Below are positions 26,501 through 38,243 of a stretch of 64,000 nt of DNA, one piece after another. The translations under genes were made by a program, and so were the position numbers. Under the pieces are notes generated by a model. The model had not been told where the DNA came from, did not search any database, and was given only the letters and a program-made list of their open reading frames with translations. The stretch comes from Kondoa subrosea (Eukaryota). The stretch lies in NCBI GenBank assembly GCA_039545335.1, contig BCIN01000008.1, forward strand, positions 445,528 through 509,527, read 5' to 3'. Each line of letters begins with the position of its first letter. Within the stretch, counting starts at the first letter, position 1.

Positions 26501-29500
26501 GAGCTTCCCATCAAAGCAGTCAAAGTTCCAGGTTTGCAATATCCTTGTACATCATGCAAGAGTTGGTTGCCGTTGATCTCGTAGTTAAGCTTCTTCCAGG
26601 TGAAGACTGTTTTCGCAGTAGCTACGTCTGTTTTCGAATCTCCATGTGGGTGTTTCTCAGAGACTTGAGTATTCTGCGCGCCTTCTTCCTCGTCTTTTGG
26701 ACCTGTTCCGCGAGCTGCGACTTGTTTCACGAATTTGCCGCCCGAATTGTGCTTGCTGATGATTCGACGTGTCAGTATAGGTCAGATCCAGGTTGAGATT
26801 GACATACTAGAGCAGATACGATTTCTCCGAGCCAGCAGGCTTTAATCGTTCAGTCATGACCATAGTGAGTACCAGGAATGCAAGGAAAAGAACAACCACT
26901 ATGCCGTACTATATATATGATCATATCTGAGCATGCATGGCATATCTAACAGACCGACAGCAACTCACATTCCGCCATAAATGGGAACGCGAAAAGTTCA
27001 GCGCGGCACTGAGATAATCATCTCCACGAATTGTCGTTGAGCCAAGTGTATTACCATCGAATGCGCAGCCAGCTGGACCGCCTCCATAGCCTTGACCGTA
27101 GGGAATCAAGCGAGGAGGCACGCAAGCGAAGCTTTTGCCAGCGAATTCGTTTGTCACTGGAGTTTGAATCAAGAGTTAGAGGAAAGAAAAGCAAATGTGG
27201 TGTTGTAAACACTCACTGAGACCTGTAATCAAAGGAAAAGATGGACTTAGACACAAATTTTACGCATGGATGCCCCAAAACTTATTCGAAAGAATAATAT
27301 ACGAGATCTAGCCATCTGAACCAACCAAACCTGCAAATTTTGGTGAACAACGCAATTGGTAATCATCAGGGAAACATACCAAGGTTTCATCTGAGGCACT
27401 GGAATTTGATATCCAGCATATGTGACCATCTGACGCCAGGCCGTGAGCGGTTGTGCACCACAGAGGATCGATGGACTTACAACACTGAAAGCAAAGCCTG
27501 ACACTTTTGCTGCACCTTGAAAACTTCCAAAAGAAGCACCGATGAAGCGGAAGAATGCTGTCATAGCTAATGTACTCGTATAGATGAACAGGAAGTATAT
27601 GAAGTATTGCGAAGCTGTTCGGCTCAGACCAGTCCTGTCATTCTTGCTTTAGCGAGTGTCGCTCGAAAAAGAGCCGATCTTACATGAAGTAGACCACGAT
27701 GGTGAATTGTAAGAATTGTAGGAAGAAAAATCTAAACACAGGTATTGGCTACGGTGATGAATGCCTGCAGAGACTGGACATACGGTAGATCTGCGATAGT
27801 TTGGGCGAGAACAATAATAGCAGGACGATATAAAGAGAAGCCAACGTGTTTGCTGAGAATGCTTCGACCTTCGAAACTGGCCGTCGTTTCACTCAAACTC
27901 ATCAAAGCAGGTTGCTAAAACGGGTCGAGGCAAAGAGTAAGCCAAAAATACGCTGCACATCGTCCGGGTGCTCACCAAAATCGACAGGAAACATGTTCCA
28001 CCTCGTACGAAGATGCCATTGGTATCTTCCTGCATATTGTAGAAGGTAGAGCCAAGTAGAAACGATACAATAAAGGTTGTGCCCTTTCACAAAATTTCAG
28101 ACGCATCTGGATTGGCTCAAAGCAGACTCACAACACGAGCAATGAGAGTTGGTTTATCTGCCCATCTCAATTGATATTCTCTGCGGATAGCAGCCATAAG
28201 CTGAGTTCCAGGGCCGACAATTTGCGGAAGTTTCTTGATAGCACTTTTATGTTTATCGGCTGTGATGACAGCTTTGAGGTTCTCAGCCTGTTCATGACGT
28301 CCTTGCTGATCTTCCATATGTTCTTGTAGCTCTCGATACATGGCTTTGTAGGTTTCGCTTTCGCGATATCGTCTTGCGAAATCATCAATGGCGGTAGGCA
28401 CTTCCTTCTCTTTGCCCTCCTTGACCTTGCGTTCTGAAGTTACAGTCACACCAGTAGCGAAATCCGAAATATTAGCGCCGTCATCGCAAAGGCTAGGTTC
28501 AGAATTTAGCTTAGATTAGTGAGTAATACACGACAAACTCACAAGCCCATTTCTTCGAAGTACTTTCGAGTCTCGCTTCTTGGACCGAAGTATATAATCT
28601 GTCCTTCGGCGATGACCATGATTTTATCAAATTGATCAAAGATACCATTGCCTGCCTGATAAAGCCTGCAAGGAAACGGCATCAGCTGATTCGACAGCGA
28701 TATGTAACTCATACATACGAGACGGCAATGGTGTCATGCAGGATATCGGCTCTTGCTCGCATGATCTTGGCAAACTCCAGCGCTGTATTTGCATCGAGAC
28801 CCTGAAAGTTGGACTTAGGTATAGCTCAAGCTCAGCCTGAAGACGCACTCGAGTCGAATTATCCATCAACATTACCGCACTATCGTCTATATCTCGTGTA
28901 AGTATGAGATACCCAACCGCAGACTGTACAAGCTCACTGGTGAGCACCTCGGCTAGTGAAGTTCGTCTTCTTTCACCACCACTAACACCTCGCACATATG
29001 TGTTACCGACTTTAGTAGATAAGGTATGAGACAAGCCAAAGGTATTGAGCAACTCTTTGGTCGTGGCTTTGATATGTTCCTTGAGTGTAGGCTGCTTGTC
29101 TTCGCCAGCATTAGGCGGCAGTCTACTGGGTGTATTCATAGCGACTGCAAAGTCTAATGTCTGTCCTACTTTGAGATCCGGGTAGTGCTATCATAGGCAT
29201 TAAGCGAGGCTTATTACTGTTGTACGCAGCGACAGGCCTTACATCATCATCTTCTGAGCTGAATATCACTTGTTTCGCAAAAGGTTTCAGTTCTTTGAGT
29301 GTAGAATCGCCGTAGAGGACGTCTCCGTCAATTCCGGCATAGCCAGCAGTCTGCCCAGCCAGCGTTTTGAGGAAAGAGGTGCATCCACTGCCTGGTCTCC
29401 CGACTACGAGGAGCATTTCGCCCTCTTTGATAACGCCATTGAAATCATGCAGCAAATATCGTTCGCCTTTTTTGAGGCTTTCGCCGGCACTTGTGTTTTG

Positions 29501-30141
29501 AGACACCTCTCGATCTGAAGCTGCAGATGCTTCAACTTTGGCGTTCTTGATCTTTTTGAGCTTCTTCTTGTCCTTGATTTTGGCAAAAGGATTGAAGGCC
29601 GTGTTGACATTCTCGCCATAGATTATCTGCGGCAGTCAAGAAGCATAGAAATGAGTGAACAATGATGTTGCTGCTGAAGAGATCTTTGACATACATCGTC
29701 ACCTCCTCCTACTCCTCTAACAGACAGACCGCGAAAAGCGACACTAAGAGCTTTCCCTCTGAGACCTAAGGATTTGAGATGCCATATTTCAGACCCATCG
29801 CTCTTTTGACTGTTTTCGCATACCTGCTTCATTCTTTCGATACACCAAATCCTCAAGCAGTTCCCGGTCTAAGGCAGTCAAGAAGCACAGACATGAGCGA
29901 ATGTTGTTGCTACTGAAAAGGCGCATGACATACAGGCCTGTTGCTGAGCTTCAGTATCTGTTGTCTTGCGTTTGGCTGCTTTGGCAGTCTGTTTTTCAGA
30001 TTTCGAATTGGTTGGATCACTTTCAGTGTCGTTCTGGAAACGAGTGTCAGAAGAAGCTCCAGAGGTAGAAGAATCGTCAGCAGCAGCTCCTTCTACGCCA
30101 TTGCCAATCTGCTCCTTCTCGGTTGGAGCAGCAAATTGCAT
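23575..30141 (-). CDS. Full-size PDR/ABCG multidrug ABC transporter (Snq2/AtrB-like)
   Basis: NBD1 has GRPGSGCTS and [11 protein letters not shown]2 has [16 protein letters not shown] and IHQPSA. Two TMD blocks and many introns; the start codon is approximate. Confidence 0.92.
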
Positions 30142-30424
30142 CGACCGGGTTGATATTCAAGCAACAAGAAATCGCGTTTCCAACGCCTAGAGCTTCAAGT
30201 AGTGCTTGATATATCTGTCTAGGGTAAGTAACTTGTTCTGCAGACTGGATATCACGGTTGAGGGCCAAGAATTGTTGCTCTTTGCTCAGATTGCATCGAC
30301 GTTCTCGGCCGCGATTTCCGGGTTACTAACATTCCTCTCTAAGTCCGCATTGGTGACATGTTTGAACAGTGTCCAGAAGCCGGTCGACCGGGCCTGTAAC
30401 CTCTCGCCAAACTGGCATACATTT

Positions 30425-32861
30425 TCATGCAATCCATGAGTACATCTTCCACAACCAGCCCGTCCGCTTAGAGCCTTCCCTTCGTGCAATCTCTTCGTTG
30501 TCTTTCTCATCTTCATATGATTCTGTATGAGTTCCAGAGACAAGATCGACTTCCAGAAGCGAGGGCGCAGGTTCTCGCTTTAGCACTTTCCATATCACAT
30601 ATAGTAGTGCAAAGACGGGAATTTCGACTACGCACGCATGTCAGATACAATAGTATGACGAGAAGAAATGTATTTACTGTAATTTGACACGAAAGAAATC
30701 GCATCAAATCCTCCTTTGAAAGCGCTCCAGCCTGCTTGAAGTATTGAGCATTGCCTCTACCCTTGATTGCAAGCAATAGACGTACCTTGAACTATGATGA
30801 TGAACGTCACTGCAGCTATCACTATCTCTGGAGCAAACCGAGGCGCGCCATTGAATTTGAGATCTTTCAGAGATCTTCCTTGCGCTTTCCATGCTTTCCG
30901 AAAGCGAAGTGATGCTACACCTATGCAAAGCCAAGCAAGTTGATTTGAGACGCCGACAAGATTTTGCGCCCAACCTGAACGCAATGTCAGCGTCTGATAC
31001 AAAAACAGTAGTCTTGACTGACTGAAGATTTCCGCAGCTCCTCCTGGCAAGAAGGACAGACCGAAGAATACTAGGCCCCATACTGCTGTAAAGAGGACAG
31101 ACGCCCAAGGTACACCATTGCGAGTAGTTCGAAGGAAGAACTTGGGTGCTTGACCCATCGCACTGAGACCATATAAGATCCGACTACCGGCAAAGAGCGC
31201 GTGGTTGCCTGCGCTGATGACTGAGGTGAGGACAACGGTATTCATGAAAGAACCAGCTGCACGAGAGCCGACCATTTGGAAGACAAGGGTAAATGGTGAA
31301 GTCTTGACTGATTTGGTTGATAGGCCTGGGTAATTATAGGGAATATCGAAGCCAATGATGATGACAGTGAGAATATAGAAGATAATTATTCTCCAGAAAA
31401 CTCGTCGAATCCTAGAGTATACAGATCAGTACACAAGGAAGTCGCTGCCGAAGGAAAATGACATACACGCGAGGAATTGTTCGAGTCGGATTCTTCGTCT
31501 CAGCCGCAACAACGCTTATGCTTTCCGTCCCTCCATAGGCAAAAGAAGCTGTAACGAAGCTATGGCGCTGCCGAGTCAAGAATCAAGAAGCACATCTGCC
31601 CTTCACAGACTTACAGACTCGCAAATCCGCCAAAGCCATTGAGGAAGGGAGCAGCTCCAAGCTGTGAGACATGACCATTGAGCAATTGGAATGATCACCC
31701 AGAGGGCTCCTACCCACAGTCCAATTTTCACCACCAACTACACCGAGGTCAGTATTCGAATGGATAAACGATGAAGAACATACTGTATCTCCCTTCAGGA
31801 TTTGCTCCTACATTGACTGCTATGCCTACGAAGAAGAAGGCGATGATGCTGATAACCTTCAACAGACTGAGCCAGTATTCGAGCTCTCCGCTGAGTGTTT
31901 ATTGAGCCGCAGTACCTTCAACAGAGAGTCATACCTACTACGCCCTGACATGTATCAAATTGAGGCCAGTGATAAGGAACCAGAATAATAATGATGGTAA
32001 CCAGACTAAGTGATCCGTCCAATATCCCATGAGGACCTGAGCCGCCGTCAAATCACCAGCGAAACTGATTGCATCATTGAACCAGTCTAGAAAGCGCTTC
32101 AGCTCTATTCGGCGGCCTTCTTGAACGACTAACAATTCCAACCAATTGTAAAGCCAAATGCGGGATCCACAAATCGGGCAGAGTATGAGACGAAAGCTGT
32201 TCGAGATAGTCGAGAGTAAGTAGGATGCGATCTTGCGCAACCAAAGTGCTCACTTCCTGCAATGGGGTATTCGGTCTGAAGAGGCAACAATCAGAAATAC
32301 TGAATATAACCCCAACAGTGATACTTACGGCCATCTCTCCTGTAGGAGATATGTACTGCTGTCAGAGAATGCAATAGCTGAAAAATCGATAGTTGCAAAC
32401 CCAGCAATAACATGACCAGCCATACCAGGGCGCCAACAATAGAGTAGTTGATCAAGAGAGAACCAGGACCACCAGTTGCTAGAGATCTCCCAGTACCTAG
32501 TAGTCATTGTCTCAACCCAAGGAGTAGAGTGTTACGAAGCGAGATTTACCTAGGAACAGCCTATTTGGAGAAAAGCATCAACACGAGTGATAATGTCATG
32601 GGACGGTTTCTTACCCTGTACCGATAGTCCCGCCCTTCGTACCCCTCAGTCAGCCTGATATCAGCGCGAGAAGTCGAGAACAGAGCGCACAATCGCAATC
32701 ATCGATATTTGCCGTGACGTCAAAGCCCTCTTCAGGTTGCCATCTGCTTCCTGTACAGACACCTTGACTGCTCTTTCTGCAAGATCGACATCTTTATTTG
32801 AATCCTTGTCGTTGATGATTGCTGTATTTGAAACACCAGGCAATGTAGGCACTATTGACAT
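30425..32861 (-). CDS. Amino acid permease (APC/YAT family)
   Basis: LKRALTSRQISMIAI|GGTIGTG|LFLG, GELEYW, ASFAYGGTES, VFWRIIIFY, SAGNHALFAGSRILY and GVPWASV. Confidence 0.92.
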
Positions 32862-33400
32862 AGCTGAGGAATATTAACAGTCGAAGTCGAGTGTAGGAGA
32901 TGGCCGTGTGTATGGAACAACGAGAACACTTGTGCTTTTTTTTCTCTGGCAAGGAAATTGCGCCATATACAACGCGAGCATGCTTTTACCGTGTCCCGGC
33001 GCGGCGAATCCGGGACCCCGCAGAAAACTCTACTGTCAGTCAGTTGTCAGTCTCTCGAGCCAGGAAGGGTACAATGTGCAGATACCAGCTAAGGCGATGA
33101 TTGAGACACAAGAGCAGAACTGATGGCAACAAGCCGAAAAAGATTGAAATCAAGATAGTAAATTAATTAAAGTAGCATGATTTCCTCGTTGCACATTCAG
33201 CACAGAGACGGGCAAGTAGGGCATACAAGCAGTGTTAAGAGGCTGAGATGACTGTACTGTTAACGAAACGCCTGATGTATACGTGATCTTCCCAACGACA
33301 TCTTCCCTAATTACATTGCCATAGTGCCATACGGAAGTGGTCTTCACTTGCTGTACTGACTTAGCAAGCGAATGAGGTCTAGTCATATCTCAAAGTAAAT

Positions 33401-34036
33401 AGCTTGATCTTTGATCAAGCAGACATGATGGGATTCGACTGCTTCTCCTTCTCAGACCAATTTATTATGCTGAGAAGAGTCTCGTGGAGTGTTTTCCTGT
33501 ATTCCGCAACTATAGCTTTATTTGGAATCGACACCCATTCGCCTAGAATCTGATCCACTAAAGCTGGTCTCTTTGCTAAGCCGCTGAAAAGGGCCGTGAG
33601 AAGATTGAAGGCATTTTCGACGAAGAAGGGAGACATGTCAGATATGACCACACTTCCAGCGAAACCGATGATTTAGAGAAATGCAGGTCGCGAGAACAGG
33701 TGCTGCATCTTCTGTAGCCCAAGCTTTGAAGCGACCGGAATTGGCCAGAACGATGGCGAAGAAGTTTGCTAGGGCGTCATGATGCTCGTGACGATAATCA
33801 GAATCCTCATCTTCGCAGAGTGCAAGTTTCGCGGACAGTACAGCATGAGGATTGCCAGCCAGATAACGACGTCGGACTGCGTTCATAAAGACCATAGAGT
33901 CTTCAGGTGAGGCTTCTGTGCCCTTCAACGCAGGTGCGGACATGATTGCAGGCCAATCCATTGCTTCTATCGCTTTGGACTGTCTCGCGACTTCGCTCGC
34001 CAGCGTTTGCCAGAGTGATGGTGGGACTTGCTGCAT
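33401..34036 (-). pseudogene. Truncated, frameshifted copy of MYND paralog B
   Basis: Near-identical translation to the 9802 gene. It has a 6-nt deletion (AVAVLS>AVLS), a +1 insertion near 33675 (TCTCTAAATC vs TCTCAAATC) and a 1-nt deletion giving a stop at 33415-33417. Homology ends at ~33401, so the MYND domain is absent. Confidence 0.9.
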
Positions 34037-34265
34037 CGTGATCGTCTTCTGACTACGAACAGGAACTAGTCCAAGGCTCGAAGACTGATCTATTACGTTC
34101 AAGAGCAACCTATATGCCACAAAATTTCGAAAGGGAAGGGAAAGTGAAGAGATCAGCTAAGGCAAAAAGGAAGGGAAAAGAGGCAATGGTTAGATGTTGC
34201 GATTACTATACTAGCATTTGAACTCAATAGCTATTTTACAATGAAACACAATTGGCCCAGACGCT

Positions 34266-35422
34266 CTAATCCTGGCAAACCTCAAGTACACCAACTCCGG
34301 CAACTACGTTGTCATCGCTGACCGCCTTGTTGCTGGTTGTGAGCACAACATAGGTTTGTCCCTCAGCTCCTTCAGGAATAGTAACCATCATCTGCGAGTC
34401 AAAATGAGCAAANGNACTCAAAAGTAAAGGAAAGAAACTCACAGTCTCGGTGTTGTATTCACCGAATGAAGTGGTAGGGAAGCCAATGAATGCAGCGTAC
34501 AGCTGACCCTTGCCTTGNATGCTTGACATATCAGTTGGAGTCAACTTGGTCTGTCCTCCAGCTTTAGCCTTGCCAGAAGTGGTAGCAGTGAGACCAGGGA
34601 AGGCCTTGACTGGAAGAGTGGGGTTGCTTGATGGGCAAGACTTGATGAAAGGTGCAGCCAAAGAGTAAACTTCGTTGAAGTCAAGAGGGATGTCGTATGC
34701 AAGAGGGAATGGAGATTCGCCGATGGTGTTGCGAATATATGCTGAGTGACGAGACTCGACGGTCAAGATGGATCCGGCAGCAGTCAGGTAGCTATTGAGG
34801 AGTCAGCTGGAGACGCTGGACAAGCAAAAAATGAACGTACTCAGGGTTGGTGATTGACGCAGCAGCTCCGAGGTAGGCTGATACACCGACACCTTCGAGG
34901 ATTGAAGAAGTAGCCAAGAAAGACTTGACATCATTGTATCCAAAGTCGTAAGTGCAAGCTTGAGTCGGGTCAACACCAGCTGCAGACAAAGCGGTGGAGA
35001 CTGCGAAGAGAGGATAAGCTTGATTGAATGCTGAGCAGGAAAGTGCTTACGGAATGAGACGTGAGAGCTTTCATGACCTGAGATCTCCTGAATTCTGCTT
35101 CGAACTGAAGAAGAGTAGCCAGCGTTGGTGAAGGCAGACTGATCGAACTTCTCCAAAGCTTGCTTGTAGAACGTGTTCTCCAGACTAAGATAGTCAAGAA
35201 GCATGAGCGACAAGTAAAGTTGCTCCTGAGAAGAATGACATACTGTTCTAGTGTTAAAGCGTACTGAAGAACTGTTGCATGGAGAAGTCAGCTCAGATCA
35301 TCGAGTGCAGAGATAAGCGACAAACTAGTGATATCGATATCGGTCATCTCCCTCTTGGCTAGAGGAGCAGCAGACACTGCAGAGAGTGCCGCGAGAGATA
35401 GAGCAACGAATCCAGCTTTCAT
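34266..35422 (-). CDS. Secreted Rds1-like ferritin-like protein, copy 2
   Basis: Same exon structure and near-identical protein to 8416-9571; the coding differences seen are mostly synonymous. Confidence 0.88.
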
Positions 35423-36095
35423 GTTTGATATAGATTGAGTTGAAGTGTGAGTGGTTTGTGAGAAGAGGAACCAATCCAAGAGCCCAAGGTGTAAGCTAGA
35501 AATGAGGCCACTGATGCCACACATGGCCCAAGTCTCGGCGGTGCTCCATATCAGGCAAGCAAAGTGGGTCGATCCCGCTTCGAAAATGACCCGACTTTTA
35601 TTGCAGAGTCAAAAGTGACAATCTGACTCTGAGCATCATTCGGCCCAGACTTGCTTTAACAGGCCTAATTCAGGGTAGCAGGCAGTTGAACGGACTATAG
35701 GGCAGAGCAGAGTACGAGGTAGCTCGGAGTGAGAGAGAAACGAAGAATGTTAAAAGGCCATTACCGTATGCAGCGTTCCCGCGAGCTCGGACATCGAAGT
35801 GCAATCAGACTCGACGCATTCGGTACGCTGCACGTCAAGCACTCCGATAGCACATGTCGAAGTAGCCCAGTTTCAAAGTAACGGTGGAAGTTTTTGAACA
35901 AGCCAAATTTCCGGACTGCATTGAATGCAGCAAGATGCAGAGTCGGAGGCCTAATAGCTAGATCTCAGACGAGGTCAAGATCAGGAGAACAAAAATAATT
36001 ACAATGAAATGATACTATGCATCTGTATTACTCACAAAATGGAATGTTCACCTACTATATACACCTTTGCCAAACACTGATCATGGGGGTCAAAC

Positions 36096-37857
36096 TTATG
36101 CCATGTCAAGATCTTTCATTTCCATGTTTTCTTTGCCGGGGAAATCAAACTTGACTACCGTCGAATTGCGTCTGTTGTCTCCATTTTGTTCTGCCAATGG
36201 TCGAAGTTGAGCCATGAAATATTGCATGGGCTGCTCGTTGTCCTGTATAAGCAAGAAATGTGAGAAACCATCGACGTTTAGACGAAGGAGAAAAGCGAAC
36301 ATCGTCTACGTGGATTTGAACTTCCGTCTTGACCTGAACACCTTGTTGAACATTACTTGCAAGCATTGATGCCGTAGATCTCTGTGCCAGCGCACTCTTG
36401 GTAGTACGGTAAAGAATGACAAGGATCGTGACCATGAGGGAAGCGCCAAGTGCTGCAAGGTATATCAGCAAAAGCCATACAATGCTAGGCATACAACATA
36501 CGTGTGAAGGCTAGAATCCAAGCCAAACAGATCTGATCAGAAGTTGAGATTAGGGCAGCGGTATCGGCTGTAATCCAGAAGCCAATCGCTAAGTAGAAGA
36601 AGGAGAAAAAGGCGATCAAGACGGTTTCCACAGCCATTAGACGGTATGTGGTCTTGAGTGCTTTGATTTCTTTGTTATTAGACGAGAAATGGATAGATGA
36701 GGTTTGCTGGACCGATTTGCTGTAAAGATGAAGTTGTCTTTGCAGCATTTTGATATAGATAACAGAGACCGGAAGGAAGCAGCATAAGGCAAAGAGGATG
36801 GCAATGACATGCTGATGCGATGATTGTGAGCTTGTGAGGAAGACTTTGCAATAGAGTAAGACTGCTTACAATCAAGAAGCCATGGCTGACCCAGGTTACA
36901 GCAGCATGCAGATCCTCAGAGTACATAGTTAGCCTAAAATCAGAAGATAACATTAAGCGAAGTAGGTGCATGAGATCTGTCTTGACCTACAATCCTAGCC
37001 AAGCTGGATTAAATTGGAACGGATCTCCTGCTGTCCAGGCATTCGAAACAGGAGCCATAGCGTTTTCCAGCTCTTCGTACACATCCCATGCATGCGCAAC
37101 CTCGGAAGTTGCGTAGGCGAAAATTGAAACAGCGCAAGCGACATAAAGAGGGATGAACGCCACGAAGAACGTGTTGACAAGCCAAGTAGGAAGGGTTGGT
37201 AGATTGAAGCGACCATTAGCGGTGACCGAAACGCGGCGTTTGGGAGTCTTCGATGTTGCTGAATTGCCTCTTGACAGATACGTCGCAACGCACATACCAG
37301 ATAGTTCAATCCATGTAAAACCAGCGACTGCAGCCCACAGTATGCCTTGCAGACCTTGATAAGCTACGAATGAAGAGCTGCGGCGAACGAAAGCTTGAAG
37401 AATCAGATGGATTGCAGCGATAGAAATAGTGAAGTAGATGACAGCCAAAATAGAGATAAGGAAAGTCTGGTACAATACATGAGAAAGAACTGAAATGGAA
37501 TGTGTAAGAATCACTGACTGTGTTCGGTGTTATCAGTCGGCCATTGTTGCAATCCTTCAATCTATAAATCCATCCGCCTTTGTTGAAGATCTTGAGAACG
37601 ACAACAGCAACACTGGCCACCAGTCCAACGCAAGATAAGCCATAATTGACGTTCATCATTGGCTCGAACCAGCTTGTCGGTCGGGGTACAGCTTTAGAGA
37701 ACAGAGCATCCAGTAAAGCTCTATTACGGTACTACCAGTCAGGAATCGCGCGAAGATAAAAACTTTAGGCGACGAACATGTATGGATTGATCTGAGGTGG
37801 CAATGTTGCTAGCTTAGTCAGGAGAGCTTGAAGAGCTTCAACATCTGATGATGACAT
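36096..37857 (-). CDS. Uncharacterised multi-pass (about 7 TM) membrane protein
   Basis: Successive exons with hydrophobic helices (YGLSCVGLVASVAVVVL; FLISILAVIYFTISIAAIHLIL; FFVAFIPLYVACAVSIF; VLIAFFSFFYLAIGFW; VWLLLIYLAALGASLMVTILVILY) and a polar tail. Confidence 0.65.
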
Positions 37858-38243
37858 ATTGCAAACTTCTGATAGATAGTTCAGCGCGATAGTCAAGGTG
37901 AAAACGAGAGCAAGAAAGAGAGAGAGGGTAGCATGAAAATATTTGGTTGATAAGGCTTGACTGACAGCACATGGACGCGAAGAAACAGAAGAGAGAGAAC
38001 TCAGAATACAAGTGATTTTTGTCAAGAGCTTGGGTTCTGAAACTTGTGGTTTGAATGATAAGAAGCGACTTCTTTGATCTTCTCATTGCTTTAGGCAAAC
38101 AAGGCAAACCTTCTTGCGACTGCTTTCCGGGAAATTTGAGTCGTCAGCCGCATTCACTCTTCTTCTGATGGATGTCTAACTGGTTCTCTCAGTAATGAAA
38201 TATCCGAAAGAATTTAGCGTGTCGAGCAATATTCGAAGATCTT

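Larger units (their letters stand above)
33401..35928 (-). repeat. Right arm of inverted segmental duplication
   Basis: Reverse-complement homolog of 7947-10443. Confidence 0.97.

Noticed and set aside
10444..33400. Mating-type locus inside the repeat-bounded segment
   Set aside because: No homeodomain, pheromone (CAAX) or Ste3-like receptor gene was recognised.
7947..35928. Inverted arms as terminal repeats of a giant transposon or Starship-like element
   Set aside because: The arms are ordinary host genes and the interior holds housekeeping genes (ATP4, PET117). No transposase, recombinase or target-site duplication was seen.
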